In this document: one piece after another, positions 10,837-25,400 of the stretch
Layout of the letters: each line of letters opens with the position of its first letter
How positions within the stretch are numbered: position 1 is the first letter of the stretch
Source: the human T2T-CHM13v2.0 reference genome, Homo sapiens
Reading direction: 5' to 3' (one strand)
Assembly: GCF_009914755.1 (NCBI RefSeq)
Contig: NC_060931.1
Length of the DNA stretch: 64,000 nucleotides
Notes under the pieces: generated by a model
The model's database searches: none
What the model saw: the letters and a program-made list of their open reading frames with translations, nothing else
What the model was told of the DNA's origin: nothing
Made by a program: the position numbers and the translations under genes

Positions 10837-13800
10837 AATTAGAAGTACACTTGAATAAAAAAGATTCTGTTTTAATAGGAAGGGAGAACTATTAAAATGA
10901 AATACACTTTAAAAATTTGGTATATATGGCTGTGTTTCTTGAGGTATCAGTGAATCATTTTAATGCTATATAGTGTCTATATGATTGAATATAGGTATAA
11001 AAAGAATGTTGATGAGAATTCTAATTTCATATAGCTACTAGTTCTATACTAGACTTGAGAAGTTAGCATTATTTTAAAACTTGTTTCTGGAAATGACTTT
11101 CCAATTTTTATTTTATTTTGAAGCTTATTTTTGTTTCAAGGAAAATATGAGACAACATTAAACATTAGTGACAATTTTTTATTATGTAAATAAAATACTT
11201 AAAAGCACCCATTTTTGAAAATATTTAAGAAATTGAATTATATTGCCTGAGTAAAATCTATGCAGTGGATTTAGTTCACATGTTTCATAGGTAAGTAAGT
11301 GGATTAGAAGCATTGAATACACACGCTTTCTCAGAACTTGGAAGCTAAGTGGAAGTTACTTTAAAGACTTAGCTTCACTGAATTTGAACATTTTAATTTT
11401 CAGGAAATTAAGCTAATTAATGATCCTGATGGAATAGAGCAGTCATACTTTTAAGATGTGGAAATGTCGATGTAATCAAAATGAGAACATATATGGACAC
11501 TTGACAAATCATATGCTTTATAATATAACAGAATTTCATAGAAAAATGTCTTTAATTTCTCATCAAAATGTATTATGTATTGTACCCTGAAGAAACAGAT
11601 TCTTATAAGCCCTGCCTTTTTGGTGCCATCTTTGTGACTCAGTTATTTAATAATACAAAATATTCAATAAAAGCCATTGCCTAACTTTATTGTTTAGGCT
11701 GTAGTTCTATACTTAGAGGATGAAGTGTAAGGTGCAAACTTTCTGGGAAATAATAGTTGAAGCCAATATCCAACTATGTCTGAATGATTATCAAGAGTTA
11801 TCTGAGCTCTTTTTATGGGGCTATTAATTTTAATGGAGCTAAATGTTCTTCAATTAGTGATAATAGAAGTGAAAATGTGATTGTAAACAGTGGTTATTGA
11901 AAGTTCCATCTCGTATGAACGTTATCTACATGAGAATAAATAACCAAGAGCTTTGTCATTCAGGACTGGCAGAATCATTTGCAGCTTCTAGAGTATTTTA
12001 GACAATATTCAGTTGGTTTTATGATCTAAAGAACTGAGTGTGTCTATCTTAGAACCAAGGTGTATTTGTATCACCATTTTATTTGCTCCTTGAAATATCA
12101 AATATATCAGTAGACTATAACTTGACTATGCTTACTGTATAAGTCATTACTTAATCTATCAGAAAAATGAACGCTTTAAAAATAGTTTTCAGGCTACTTA
12201 ATTTCCTACTAAAGTAGGAAACATAGAAAGCACAGTTTAAAAAAAATGAAAAAATAATGTCAGAATTTTTTTTAAGTGTTTAGATTGAGTAATCAGGTAG
12301 CTCTGTTCCTCCATTTCATCCCTTCTTTCTGAGCGCATTTCACAGGTCCCTGAATCACCCTTTTATCCACCCGGCTCCCCTTTCCATAATGTAAACTCTA
12401 GTTACTGCCATTAACTGCCTTATTAGAAAAAGAACCTGGAACTCCTCTTTTGTCCTAAAGTCCTTTGGAAAATAACATCCAGTTGTTATTTTTCATTTAG
12501 ATTGTAGTACTCAAATCTTGCTAAACTTAAGAAATTTCCAAGTGTTCACCAATAATCAAAAACTATTTTGTAAAAATGTACTAGACAGTGTCAAGCTTCA
12601 GTTTACTATTGCACCTCATACACATGATCTGGAAATTAGAAGTGGTACCAGGTGGCACATTAAATAATTGAAGGGTTATTATTATGTTAAGTAATATAAA
12701 TATTTGCATTCTTGGTCTTATTACCATTTAGACAATTTCTTTAAAAGAAGGGATCATATTACTCATAATATAAAACTTAAGAATTTCAGGAGTGTTATTT
12801 TTGTGGTTCATCTCACTTTAATTTTAAAACAAAATTGTTTTCATCAAAGTGTTCAATATGGGAAAGTTGCTACATGGCATTTCTGTAAAGTTTATGTTTA
12901 GAGATAAATTTTATTATTTTAATGATATAAATTATATGCTGATTTCAGAACAAATTTGGGAAAGTAAAAATTTAATTTGTATTATATATTTATCTAAAAC
13001 AAATACGGTGGCGTTACATCTTTGCTGCCAGAAAACTTAGCATAATTGCCATATTTCAATTTTTGTGCGTTTGGTGAATTACTATTTTAAGGAACAACAA
13101 AAAAGCAGAAAAGTTTTCACTTAAATTTTCATAGCGATGTATCAGGGAAATTCCTTTTTTAGAATGGCATACTTTGAAATAATTTATCATATGCATATAT
13201 ATGATCATATCTATGATATACGATAACATTATGTTATAATTATATATAATTAAAGAGAAGGATAAACTTTTAAATACTATTCTCCTGATACCTGTCAGTA
13301 TTCTGATTATATAGCTTTGGGTAATGATGGGAGTATATCTTGCAGAATCATTTATGTAGAGACTTAAAGTTTACCCAGCTGTTACTGAAATGGGTGAAAT
13401 TATCTTCCCTTGTGCCAACATCTATACATAACTATTGCTAGTGCATTAATATAAAACTCTTTAAAAGGTAGGAAGTACCAAAATTTATCTTTCTGGTGAA
13501 GTGCCATAATATGAGTAACATCTATTTTTATTTTGACATACTATGACATATTTGTGTAAAGTTCTTTATAGAAAATGTTAGTTGATGGAAGTTGAAAATG
13601 AACTTTTAAAGAAATGTAGAGAAATGTGGTATGTATTCCTCTTTTAGCCTTACAAGTAACCAAATCTTATGTGTCTTCATTTTGTTTTAGCCATCACTTG
13701 AATTAGAGACAATATTTGATGTGGAATTTAAAAATATGTATGTTAATCCAGCCTGTAGTACTTCAGCATTTACTTGGTTGCCAGACAGAGGTATTTCAGA

Positions 13801-16223
13801 AAAGGTTTAATATGTGTTATTTCAACATAGTACCCTAGAGAAAACGCTATTTTTAAATTTTCAGTGGGTCTGTTATGCTATTCTTTTTTATTTTTAATTT
13901 TCCTTTAGACTACTGATAAACTGTCTTATTTTATTTTTATATTTACATCATTTACTTCTGAACATTCCTCTCAATTATACTCATCTTTGAAAATGAGTCA
14001 CAAAGTTCAAATTTCTTATTACCTGATCTCTACATTCCTAGTGGAAGAAAAGTGACCCATCATTTATTTAAAATTAATAATTTTGTTCATTTAAGAATTG
14101 TGTGGCTTGTCCATAGTTACATAATTGGATAGCAGCAATATTTTTTGAAATTTCACTTTTATGCTCATTTTCTTCTGAAGACCCTAAAACATTATCTAGA
14201 AATGTGTTATAATAATTATCGGGACTGCTGCTGATTATACAGGGATAAGAGAAGGAATACATTTGCTATTTATTCTATTAATGTAGTGCATTTCTCCCTT
14301 AGTTCTATTGATGTGACTCATTCCACATTCCTCAATATCACTGCTGGCTCTGCATTTATTCAAACAGCACTGGGGTTTATCATAATGGTGCCCATCTGAT
14401 ATAATACAACCTTGTATTCTCATCCAGTGAACTTTCAGGCCGTTTGGCGGCAAACTACTCAATGGTGAATCTTTTACCTGGCCTGATGGAAAAGAATTCA
14501 GTTATTTTGCCCTAATTTCCTGAAAGAGTTGGCCTATGAGTCATTAAAAATATGCAATTTAACTTCTCTTTCATTGAAAGAACACAAATGGTGAAATAAA
14601 CATTCACTGAAAAGGAAGTATATTTTTTCCTTTAAAGTTGTGATAATGAATTCATTCCCTTTCCTCCCTTCTACTCTCCATATGTCTTATATTGTTTTCT
14701 AAGCAGGGATACACACACACGTATGCATGTATGTATGTATTTATGTACATATGTATGTATAAGCATTGCTCTCCCACTAGCTTCTGCAGCTAGATTTGAT
14801 GATGTGGGATAGCGTCTGATATTGAAAAAAAAAAAAAACCCCAGGGTGAAACACCATTTTTGTGCATATTTGCACTGCTCTTTGAATGTTTTGCCCTTTA
14901 GTTTTCTCCTTTGAGAGGCAGCCTTTACGTTGACCTTCTCCATGAAGGCTTTTCAGCCCCCTAAGCAAGCCTACGTCATTTATAGTTGGAATTGTGCTTG
15001 ATATTAGTAAGTGTCATTTTTATATATAATTTATGGTTTTACCTCTTGACATTCTAACTAAATTGAAAGGCTTTTGAGGTTTGAGTGTATACCTTCTGGG
15101 GAGTTATTACCTAGTTCGGTGCTCAAATGTAGGAAAATATCTATGTTAATGTGTTGCTGATCATGGTGTGAGATGGCACTTGTACGCCATGGAGAGCTCC
15201 TTAGCCATGGAGCTGTGCCATCTCAACATTAGCAATAATCTGCTACTCTTAAGCCAAATTATTTTGCTTTGTTCAATGTTAAAAGTATTTACATTTGTTA
15301 TTTGAACATTTTGTCCTCTCATCTACTAAATGTACCCTTTTAATTTTTCTCTTTTTGACTGGGAAGGGCTGTGAGACCTCAACTTTTTCATCCATAACTA
15401 ACTACTCTGCAAAGGCTAGAATTAATGGCTACCAGTTGCCATTTTCTTGAACAGTTTGATTTCTGGTGAAGTCCAGGTAAATTGCGGATGCCTTTGGGAA
15501 GCATATGGAGATGCTTCATGATATAGGTGAATCAACATAGAAATATACTACCTTCCCTTGAAAGCCCAGTTCCTTATGTAAATACGAGTAGCTTAAAAAG
15601 CCCATGGGTCAACAGATACTTTGATGATGCTTCATCACTAGAAAGGTGTTCTCTCTTACCAGTAACACAAGCTGGAACTCTTGTTTTTCATCCAGGTTTT
15701 CTCATTTATGCATAAAATAGAATTTTTTAAAATAGGGAAATATTGTCTGTAAATGACATAGGAGATAGATGCAATTTCTGTCAGGAAAAGCTCAATGTAA
15801 TCACCATCAGGAAGAAGTTAACATTCTAAGAAATTAAAAGGCAGATTACAAAATGTAAAGATAAATGTAGGTATATATTCTAGCATAACGCAATCCATTT
15901 TGCCTTGGGAATTTTGACAAGTCTATTATGTAATGATCTAAATCATTAAAAGTGTGGGGGGAGTAGGGAATGAGTTACTAGAGGTTAATAATGGGAAAAA
16001 ATAACATTGAAAGAGTAGGATGACAGTTGAGATAATGTCAAATAGAATGGGAAGATTTTGTTCTAAAAGTAAAAGGTCTTGTCTTTTTTGCTTTTATGTG
16101 GACCTAATTCTTCCGTCTTCTTCATTTTCTTCACTTTTAACAATATCAGTAATAGTGCTCTTGGAAACCCAAAATAACACCAGTAACATACACTCTCAGG
16201 GAATCAGACTGTGGCTCACAGAG

Positions 16224-16790
16224 TTCAATTCAACATAATAGACCTTTGTTGATCACTTGCTACCTGTCATTGACCACAGCAGTAACCAAAAGGTCAACTT
16301 TCTCACCTTAGGAACTATTTAAAACTAAAATAGTGGAAGAGTCAGAAATAAAAATGTAAATATATGATATAATGCCACGTAGAGATGAGTGCTATGAACA
16401 AAATACATCTGGGTAACAAGCCTGCTATTTTGCATAGGGGACAAACAAGGCTTTTCCAAGGGGTTGGCATTTAAGCCAATGGCTGATTAAAGTGATGAAA
16501 TGACTTTCTGACTATCTGGATGAAGAGAATTAGAGGAAGAGAGAAAAGGAGTACAAAGACTTCAAGGTGGGATGAAGTTTCATCAATTCTATCTAATGTC
16601 CCTGTAATAGAAGCAAAGAGAGTAAGGGGCTTAGTAGCAAATGGAATCTGAAAAGTAGTTAGGACTAGACTATGTAGGATATGATAGACCACAATAAAGA
16701 CTTCTGATTTCATTTAAGATGAAAGGGGGAGCCATTAGAGAGTTGTGAGCATGGTAGGGATAGGATATGATTTCTGTGTTAAAAGGAGCA
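16224..16790 (-). mobile_element. L2 fragment
   Basis: ttcaattcaaca..., gatgagtgctatgaa, ggagccattagagagttgtgagc are typical of antisense L2. Confidence 0.65.
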
Positions 16791-17670
16791 AATGCTCTAA
16801 AACATTTAAAACATTTTTAAATGGTCAAATTAAAATTATTTACCATGAATAAATTTTCATCCTTCATTAGTTTTTTATATTTACCTTAGCTTAAAATTTA
16901 TATCCAATTATTCAGGAGATTATCTAAAAAATGAGTATTTTCTAATACATAAGTAAATTGTTACTAATAACACAAATAAAACTAGTTCAAATGAAAACTG
17001 AATTCCATATTTTAGCTGAAAAGACAAGGCTAGTGCTCAGTGGATATGGAATTATTTGGGAACTGATGCAGATAATTATTTCTTTTGAATATAGATTTGC
17101 ATACTTAATAGTTGTCAATTGTAATATTAGTGTTCAAGAATATTACACACATTTTGAATTCTAGTTAAAGGATTTTCATTCCTTTTTTGTCACTTTGCAG
17201 TAGGTACATATATATCTTTTCCAGGTGTTTTGTTAGTTATATAAGCCTGAAAGACAAAATGGCTTACATACCTTAAAATCTGTGAAGATTGCCATAGGAT
17301 ATGTATTTTTCAACACAAATTAAATTGAGACCATGTTTATAGCAGATGTGTGATGAAAACTTGCAGAAGCAATGCTTTGATAAGAATCACCATGCTGAAG
17401 AATAAACTATAACCATGAATGGATAATTGGAAATACATGGGTTTGGAGAAAGAAAAATTGGATTAACAACATAAAAATGCAAAAAAAGGGTATGCTTTCC
17501 AGATGAACAAATTGTGAAAATAGTTTTTGAATCTAGAGGAATTCAGTGTGGCCTCTCACTTTAGCATGCTGTTTCCATGAAGACATTTGCCCTCTAGATA
17601 ACTCTGCATCTTACCCAGTTCTTTCCAGAGGCCTATTTCCTGATAAGGAAGCAAGGATTCATGGGGGCTA

Positions 17671-17714
17671 ACACACACACACATGCACACGCACACACAC
17701 ACACGCGCGCACAC
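17671..17714. repeat. (CA)n/(CG)n alternating purine-pyrimidine tract
   Basis: 44 bp of uninterrupted RY alternation, including cgcgcg. Confidence 0.9.
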
Positions 17715-17999
17715 TCCAACCATTCGCTGGTTTCCTTTCGTCATGCTGTAGAAATTAAGGCTGTCTAACCCTATACCATCTTAGTGCACTTTGGAAAAAT
17801 GAAATTCTTCTCCATATTGTTTTAGATAGCACATTCAAACTTATGAAAATATGTCTAGATTGTATCAAATGAGGTGTTTTTGTATTCTTCTTAAATTAGA
17901 TCAACCTAATAATGCACATTAGAAACAATATTGAATCAGAAAGGAATGTGCCCTACAGGCTATTCCTAATGTTTGATTTTTTGCTTTAGTCTAGAAGTA

Positions 18000-18198
18000 T
18001 TAGAGTCATGGAATTTTGACTTGCTAGGCTCGTTAGAAATCATTTTGTAGAAATGTCTCAGTTTATACTTGAAGAAACTAAGTTAGAGTGTAGTCATGAA
18101 ATTTATATAAAATTATAGGGTCTAGTTAGTGGAAGAATCTAAGCTAGATTTCTGGAAGATCATTTGAAGTCCAGTGTTCTTTACAGCACAATACACTG
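18000..18198 (-). mobile_element. MIR (MIR3/MIRc-like)
   Basis: gaagaaactaag..ctagttagtgg..tccagtgttcttt. Confidence 0.55.
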
Positions 18199-20711
18199 GA
18201 GGGTTCCCCCATTATATTTCTTTCTCTACTTTATGCCTATTTCCACCATTAAACAAAATATTAAAAACATAACAGAGCAGCATCACCAAGCAGTGTATGT
18301 GCAGGTCTAAAAGTTTCCCCATGTTATAATTAAAACTCTGATGATGACTTTGTATTTTATTTGTAATTTTTAATGAGAGACTGAACTAGTAACAAAGATA
18401 AATAAATTCATGTAATACATAACAGGAAATTAAGAATATTGTTCCACTGGTATTACTTTTACTGTGACCTTTTTGAGCTGAGAAATAAAGCGTAGCAGTT
18501 GTAACTTGCATTTTATCCAACTCAATGATTTGTCATTGGGTTCCTTTTATTTTTTCAACCTGAAAATATTTACTCTGGTAATAACACTGTATTTATATTT
18601 TCACAATGCAGAATATTTTATTGTCTTCAGTTATGTGTTTAAATTCAAGGCTGAACATATCATAGCCAATAATATGGAAAACATCAAACCTGAAAATATC
18701 TCACAAGACTAGTTTACTTATTCTTGTGAAATTAGGTATGAGAATTGATGTTGATAGTCAATTGGTTTTCAGATACTTTATTATATCTGAATATACAATC
18801 AAGAAAGTATTGTCTTTTTGTTCATATTGTCTATTTTATTAGAACATTACTATAGTTAGAAAAAATGCACTAATTTCAAAACATCTCATAGACATTCAGA
18901 AGAGGATACATCACTGTGAAATAGGACATAAGAATAGATGTCAAAAAGAAATTACTTCCATTTCAGTAAATTCTTAATTATGGAAATTCAAATGAATATT
19001 TTTCCAATCTTTTATAGATTGCCTTGCATTTTTTTAATGTTTGCAATAAAGGGCAGTTGTTTTGAAAAACATAATTAACTTAGAAGTATACATGTTGATC
19101 TGTTGTCTGCTATTACTTTTTTAATATGGAATTTCTGCTTTTGCATTTAAAATTGTATTAATTTGATGCAAAATCTCAGAAGATAACACAATAAATATCC
19201 TATTACAAAGAAAAAGAATGTAGTTTAGAAAATGGCTCTTGACTCTTCTTTGTGGAAATAGGACACTTTATTTACTTTATTTAGGGTTGGCATGGTCCTA
19301 GAGTAGTGATAAGTAAAGTGCCTATCAATTTAGCAAAGAACTTTATTATTTTTATGGAAAGAGTCCAAATACATTCATAGTTATCTAAATGAAAGGTAAG
19401 ATTTCTTTATCTTAAAAAAAGCTAAAGGGAGGATTTTTTTTCAGTCAAGTAGCAAATGTTGGCAATATATTCTGAAATACACTATATTAAGCAAAAACTA
19501 TGAATAAATTAAGAAATCACTTTATAGACCACTCACATTCCTTTTACTTCTGTTTCCTTTATTATTTTCCACACTATTTAATTCACAATTTTTGGATCTG
19601 TACATACTGTTTTAATATTACTAAAATATGTGTGAATGTGTAATGTGTACTCAAATCTGCATTTTGGGAAGCACACACATATACACCAATACAAAAATGT
19701 ACAGATGTGTAAATCAATATTATATACAGATGCATATGTGGATATATAGCTATATGACCGATCTTATTTTGCTGTGAAACATAACCTATTGATAATATTT
19801 TTAAGAAGATTTGGGGATGTGGGAGATAGGAAAAGCCATTTTAAATTTCACTTTGCAAAATAACATTACAAATAGGTGCTATATGAGGGATTGCTATTAT
19901 ATTGTTATTACTATTGACTATATAACAGTATTAAATATAGTACATATTTGCCTTGCATTAGAGTAAGTCTCTATCACATCAGTAGACAATTAGGCAGGAA
20001 ATAATTACTGAAGAGTTGTTGATTGATGACACACCATAAATCAAAAGGAATTTCCTATTTAGAAATTGGAATTTTGAGTCACCATACAAAACATATTTTT
20101 AGGTTAGAAATCCAACATTTAGTGATTTTGGGTTACCAAATTATAAAAATCTTATGACTCTATCAGACTTGTTTTGAAATTATATACTTATTCATTCATT
20201 ACTTTTTTACTCTGTGCATTTTCAAGGAGGAGTTGCAACAGTTTATTGTCGAATAAACAGAAATGATTAGGCAAGCATCAAGTATTAAAGGTGACAGAAA
20301 GTGATGGAGAATAAAAATTATGTTGAATAAAACATTGCTGAGCATAAAATCAACTTTGAAATTCCTGGTGGACAAAGAAAAGCAGGAAGTATAGTATATG
20401 TTTCATAGGTATTTAAGAAAAGAAAGTATCTTATTTCATGAAGAGTTTTTTAGAGAATACTATCTAATAGAAATTTGGGGCAAAATCAGTATAAGCAGGT
20501 TATTTAACAACATAATGAAGTGTGGCTGCACCAGTAGTTTCACAAAATATTTAGAAATATTTTTGATTGGGCTATACCATATACAAATTTTTATAAAGCA
20601 AAGTGATAATATGTATACACATAAAGGTGTTTTCGTAAGAAATATACATAATTATCAAAATACATAACTCCCAGATGATTGTGAGATTCATATATAGAGT
20701 TTAGTAAATCT

Positions 20712-20881
20712 AGAGTGATGTTTCTTAATATAGACTGAGGATCATCAGGATTAGGATTACCTGGAATACTTATTAAAAATGAATATTCTGGGAGTTCACC
20801 TAAAGCAATTTAAATAGTCTTTGCAGGTGGGAACCATGATGTCAGCATTTTCAATTCTCACATCAAATATAAGAACCACTG
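20712..20881. mobile_element. MER5A/B (hAT-Charlie)
   Basis: agtgatgtttcttaa...catcaggatt..acctgga..ttattaaaaatg...aagaaccactg terminal repeats. Confidence 0.6.
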
Positions 20882-20969
20882 AAGAATGCCCTCTCAGCCT
20901 ATTTCTATCATTTTCATCCTATTTTGACTTCAGCTGGAAGTTTGAGTGACAGTTAAAGCAAACCATTCA

Positions 20970-21250
<281 letters not shown>

Positions 21251-22428
21251 ATTTAAAACTATGATCTACTAGCTAAAGTGCTTGTTTTCAATTTTATTTA
21301 TTAGATATTATAGATAGAAAATCAGAAGTCTTGAATACAGGTAAAAAACCAATGCTTTATTGCAAAAGCCATATCTTATCACGTGCTAAGGTATAAGGTT
21401 TCAGAGATAACAATCATTAGTCAGTGTTTAGGAGACCAACTGGACTAAAGAAAATACAGTTGCTTCCTTTTGGGAATTTAGGATTGTGAGCTTTTAAAGC
21501 TACTGATTTTCTAACATTGTCAAGGATAGGTAGGCTGAGCTTTTCTTAGTAGAGGCAGAAGATAATCGACCAATTGGTCGTAATAAAAGTAAAGAAAATG
21601 GAATTAGATAAAAGCCTCTGAACAAAGGAGGAGCTTACGAAAAAGAAGACGGCACAAAGTATGAAGACACTCTAAATCTTATGAAACTAGAATAGTCTTT
21701 GGGTATGTTTTTTCTCCTTTTACTCTTTCTTTCTTTTATATAAACAGAAGTTGATTTGAAAGGATTTACTTTCCAAAGAAGATAATTTTTAATCACATGT
21801 AAGGGATTTCAAATGTGCAGGACCTAAAGATAGAAAACAAATTACTGGTGGATTCTTAGATTATAATTGAGCATAAGGGGAGTTTTATGTAAAAATCCAC
21901 TGAATGGCTGATTTGATGTTGAGATGTTTAATTGGCTTTTCATGGATGTTAGCTTGTCCAAAATGATTTCATGTTCTTTCTTGATAGATATATGAAATAT
22001 ACAATAATCTTTTTCTCATGAGGTCCAGGTGTAATGAGAACTGTCTTACAAAAGGCTGATTGAAGATTAATATGGCCAGAAATTGAAATTCATTTCCTGT
22101 ATTGGAGGATGCTGTCTAATTAGTTGTGGTTACAGGATTTTTGAACATCAGGTTTGGTAAAAAGATGAAACCTATAGTCAAAAGTTATGATCACAGAAGT
22201 CTGGTTAAACATAACTTCATGCAAACCCAAATGTTACTTAGTTAAAATCAGGAGGCCTGATGTGACAGTTTTGAAATCTTGGTTTGAAATGAGGTTAGTT
22301 AGATGATGCAGGTTTATCCCAAGTCAGATAAATAGAGAAGAGTCTTATCAACTGCTTGTAAGGCCTCTCTTCCTTAACAGAGTATATATGGGGGGAGAGA
22401 GGAAGGCAGAGGTGGGAGGGCAGAGACA

Positions 22429-22430
<2 letters not shown>

Positions 22431-22473
<43 letters not shown>

Positions 22474-22480
22474 AGAGAGA
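22431..22480. repeat. (CA)n(GA)n compound microsatellite
   Basis: Direct inspection. Confidence 0.95.
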
Positions 22481-25400
22481 CTAGGAGAAAGAAAAGTAAA
22501 GAGAAAGAAAGTGAGGGGGGTAAAGAGATGATTTGATTCTTACAATGGGACAAAGAATAGAGTATACACTTATTGGGCCCCTATTCTGTAGCAGGCACGA
22601 TCCCTTGTATGTAAGCTGTGTTATGTTTTCATGCTGTCCGCTGACTGTCCCCCTTATTTGCCACATTTCAATTCTCATTGGCAAGAGAGCTAAATAAAAA
22701 TAAGCTAAATATGCAATAAAATGGAAATCTCATAAAATAAGGCCACTCCACTAAACATTTGTTTAAGTTTAAACAGCCAGGGCTAACCAACAAAATCAAG
22801 CAAACACTTTTAGTTAAAATAAAAAGGAACCAAGAACAAACAACAATAGAACATGGTCTGAGAAGCAAGTCTGAATTTTGAAATATGAAGTATTTCTGGG
22901 AGGATAACAGGGAAAATAAAAGAAAAACCTATGTACTTAATCTCATGTCCCTTTTCAGGTATCCCAGTAAGAGCTACCTTACACTTCTACCAAAGATTCG
23001 AGTCTTGAGCCACAAAATAAACATGTCCTCCTACTGTCCTGCAGAAATGATCGGTGGGCTTGCCAAAAACAGCAGCTATTCTTTCCCTTCACCTTAGGCC
23101 AGACATAAACGTCAGCCAAGTACCACACACACCATGCTTGGAAGCATCGACCTGCATTTTTAATTTGGAATATTAAAAACAAAATGGCTTCCAACTTTTC
23201 ATCCAACATCTATTTTAATTGGGTCTATGATTCTTGTTCACCTTTATTTTAGTTGGTTTAGAGGAAAGTGTTTCACTGAAGCAATACACATACGATTTAA
23301 TTTTAATAAGTAGTTTCGAAGCTCACATTGTGTTTTTGCTTATTTGTAGTATCCCTAGGCACCAAATAAGAAAATAAATATTTCATAATTTTATAATGCT
23401 CTATCTGGGGCCTTGTTGTGTTTTAAGCTGCCTCAATATGCGTGCTGACAAAGTTCTCTCTTCAAAGAGCTTCACACTTTAGTTAAAATCTCCCCCACAG
23501 ATTTTTTAACAATGCCTAGAACATTGCTTTGCCGATCATGGATGCTGAATAAAGATTTTTTTTATTTTTACTGTAGAGTTTAAAGGTCCATTCAATTTTA
23601 GAAATTTATATCACTCATAACCCTTTCTAGCCACTTCTTCAACCACATATCCTCTGACATACAACTACCTACATACAGAAATAAAGTTCCCATAGAAGCA
23701 AAGTCCTCAGGTCAATATACATTAAAATAATTATACATGAAATAAACTTAGAATTTTGAGACCTTTTTGATATGCTGATTCATTCCTCTGCAAAACTCTT
23801 TTCCAAATACTTATTTATGCTCTTTCACCATTGAAAGAAATCCCCTATATTTCTGTGCTATTTTTCTCATCTCTATGCTATTGGCTCGTAGTTATACATA
23901 TCTGTCCCAGACCATTCTTATGAATTTCAAACAATAATTTCCAGCTATATGTCATCAGGAAATATTATACCCTTGGCTTTTCTGGACAATCAGTGGAAGC
24001 AATAGCCATATGGAGAATATTTCCAAATCTAATGGAACCCCTACCATTAGACATAGAATATTGTCTAGCTGGCATATTATTCAATATCCTGTACATTAAG
24101 AGCTACACATATATGGAAATATATATATATGCTTTTTTTTCTTGCATGCCAACTTTATTAAAATTTGGATGCTTCCTGATGTGGCTAATGAGAAGAATTC
24201 TCAGGCATATACAGGGTCACCAGTAATGGGTGCCATGACCAATTAGTGCTGTTATCCGTAGGTTGGGGATAGAAGAAAATTTTCTTACCTGACATAAGCA
24301 AAATCTCAGTGGCAGAAAAATGAAGAGTGTATTCTGGGCACAGTAAGTAGATTTATTTGGCACTCATATCTTTTGAATATTGACTGAACAAAAATCTGAA
24401 ATCAGTTGTCACTTTTTGAATCTTAATAAATTCTGCTATGAATGGATTTGAAAGTAATCATTGTGGCACAAGTAATCCATTTATAAATTATATTTGCTCA
24501 TGTATTTGTATTTTATCTATGTGATTTGCCCATCATAAGTGCTCAATAAATACTGGTGTAAATGAAATAAAAATGAAAAAATTATCTTTATGCATAGAAA
24601 TTTGATTCATTTATGAAGATGGAAATATAATTTTAGCAGGAAGATGGAACAGATTGTCTTAGATGGTATTTGAACTTTATTTTATGGTCTTAACACTTGA
24701 GCTCCCCAAAAATCTGTGATATTTGACATGGCATTACTTTATGTCTGTAGTACTGTACTCTGTAACTATCTTTTGCCATCATTAAGATTATTATTTATTA
24801 ATAATCTGAAAAATTGGTGTATATTAGGTGTTGAATAGAATTTAACAACTTGAACACAATTGTTTAGCAGAAACAAACAAATATGATGTCCAGAAACACA
24901 GAACAACAAATGCACGGTCATATACAAAGCATAGCAGGTAAACACAGAATCCAGATTTCAGTTAACCCAGTGTGCTGTTTCTATGTGCTATAGAATATAC
25001 ATGACACTATGAAGAAAGATATAAGGGATTAAGTTATGTGCAGATCTGGGATTTTGAACCAAAGACCTGTGACTTTAAATCCTGACTCTTCACATTGGCT
25101 GATTCTACAGAGCCTGGATGCAGTTAAAAAACATGTTTATGTTTTTATGATAGAAAATTTGTGAGGTCCTGTTTAAGGCTCTGAAATGACCAATTGTTTT
25201 CTTGAGTTGAAAAGAATAAAAGTCAACCATCAATTTTTGTAGTCAAATTAGAGCTCAAGGAACATAGAAATTGCAATGACATTTGAACCTGATTTTCCTT
25301 CTGCCAAATCCTCCTTTCCTTCTTTTAAACCTGTCCTAGCAAATGTCCAGGATACATGTAAACTAAATTTTCAGCTGATTTCTATACCTGTTGTTTTTCT

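Noticed and set aside
12643-12660. Second CTCF-like motif gtaccaggtggcac
   Set aside because: Mismatches at the key CC positions of the core.
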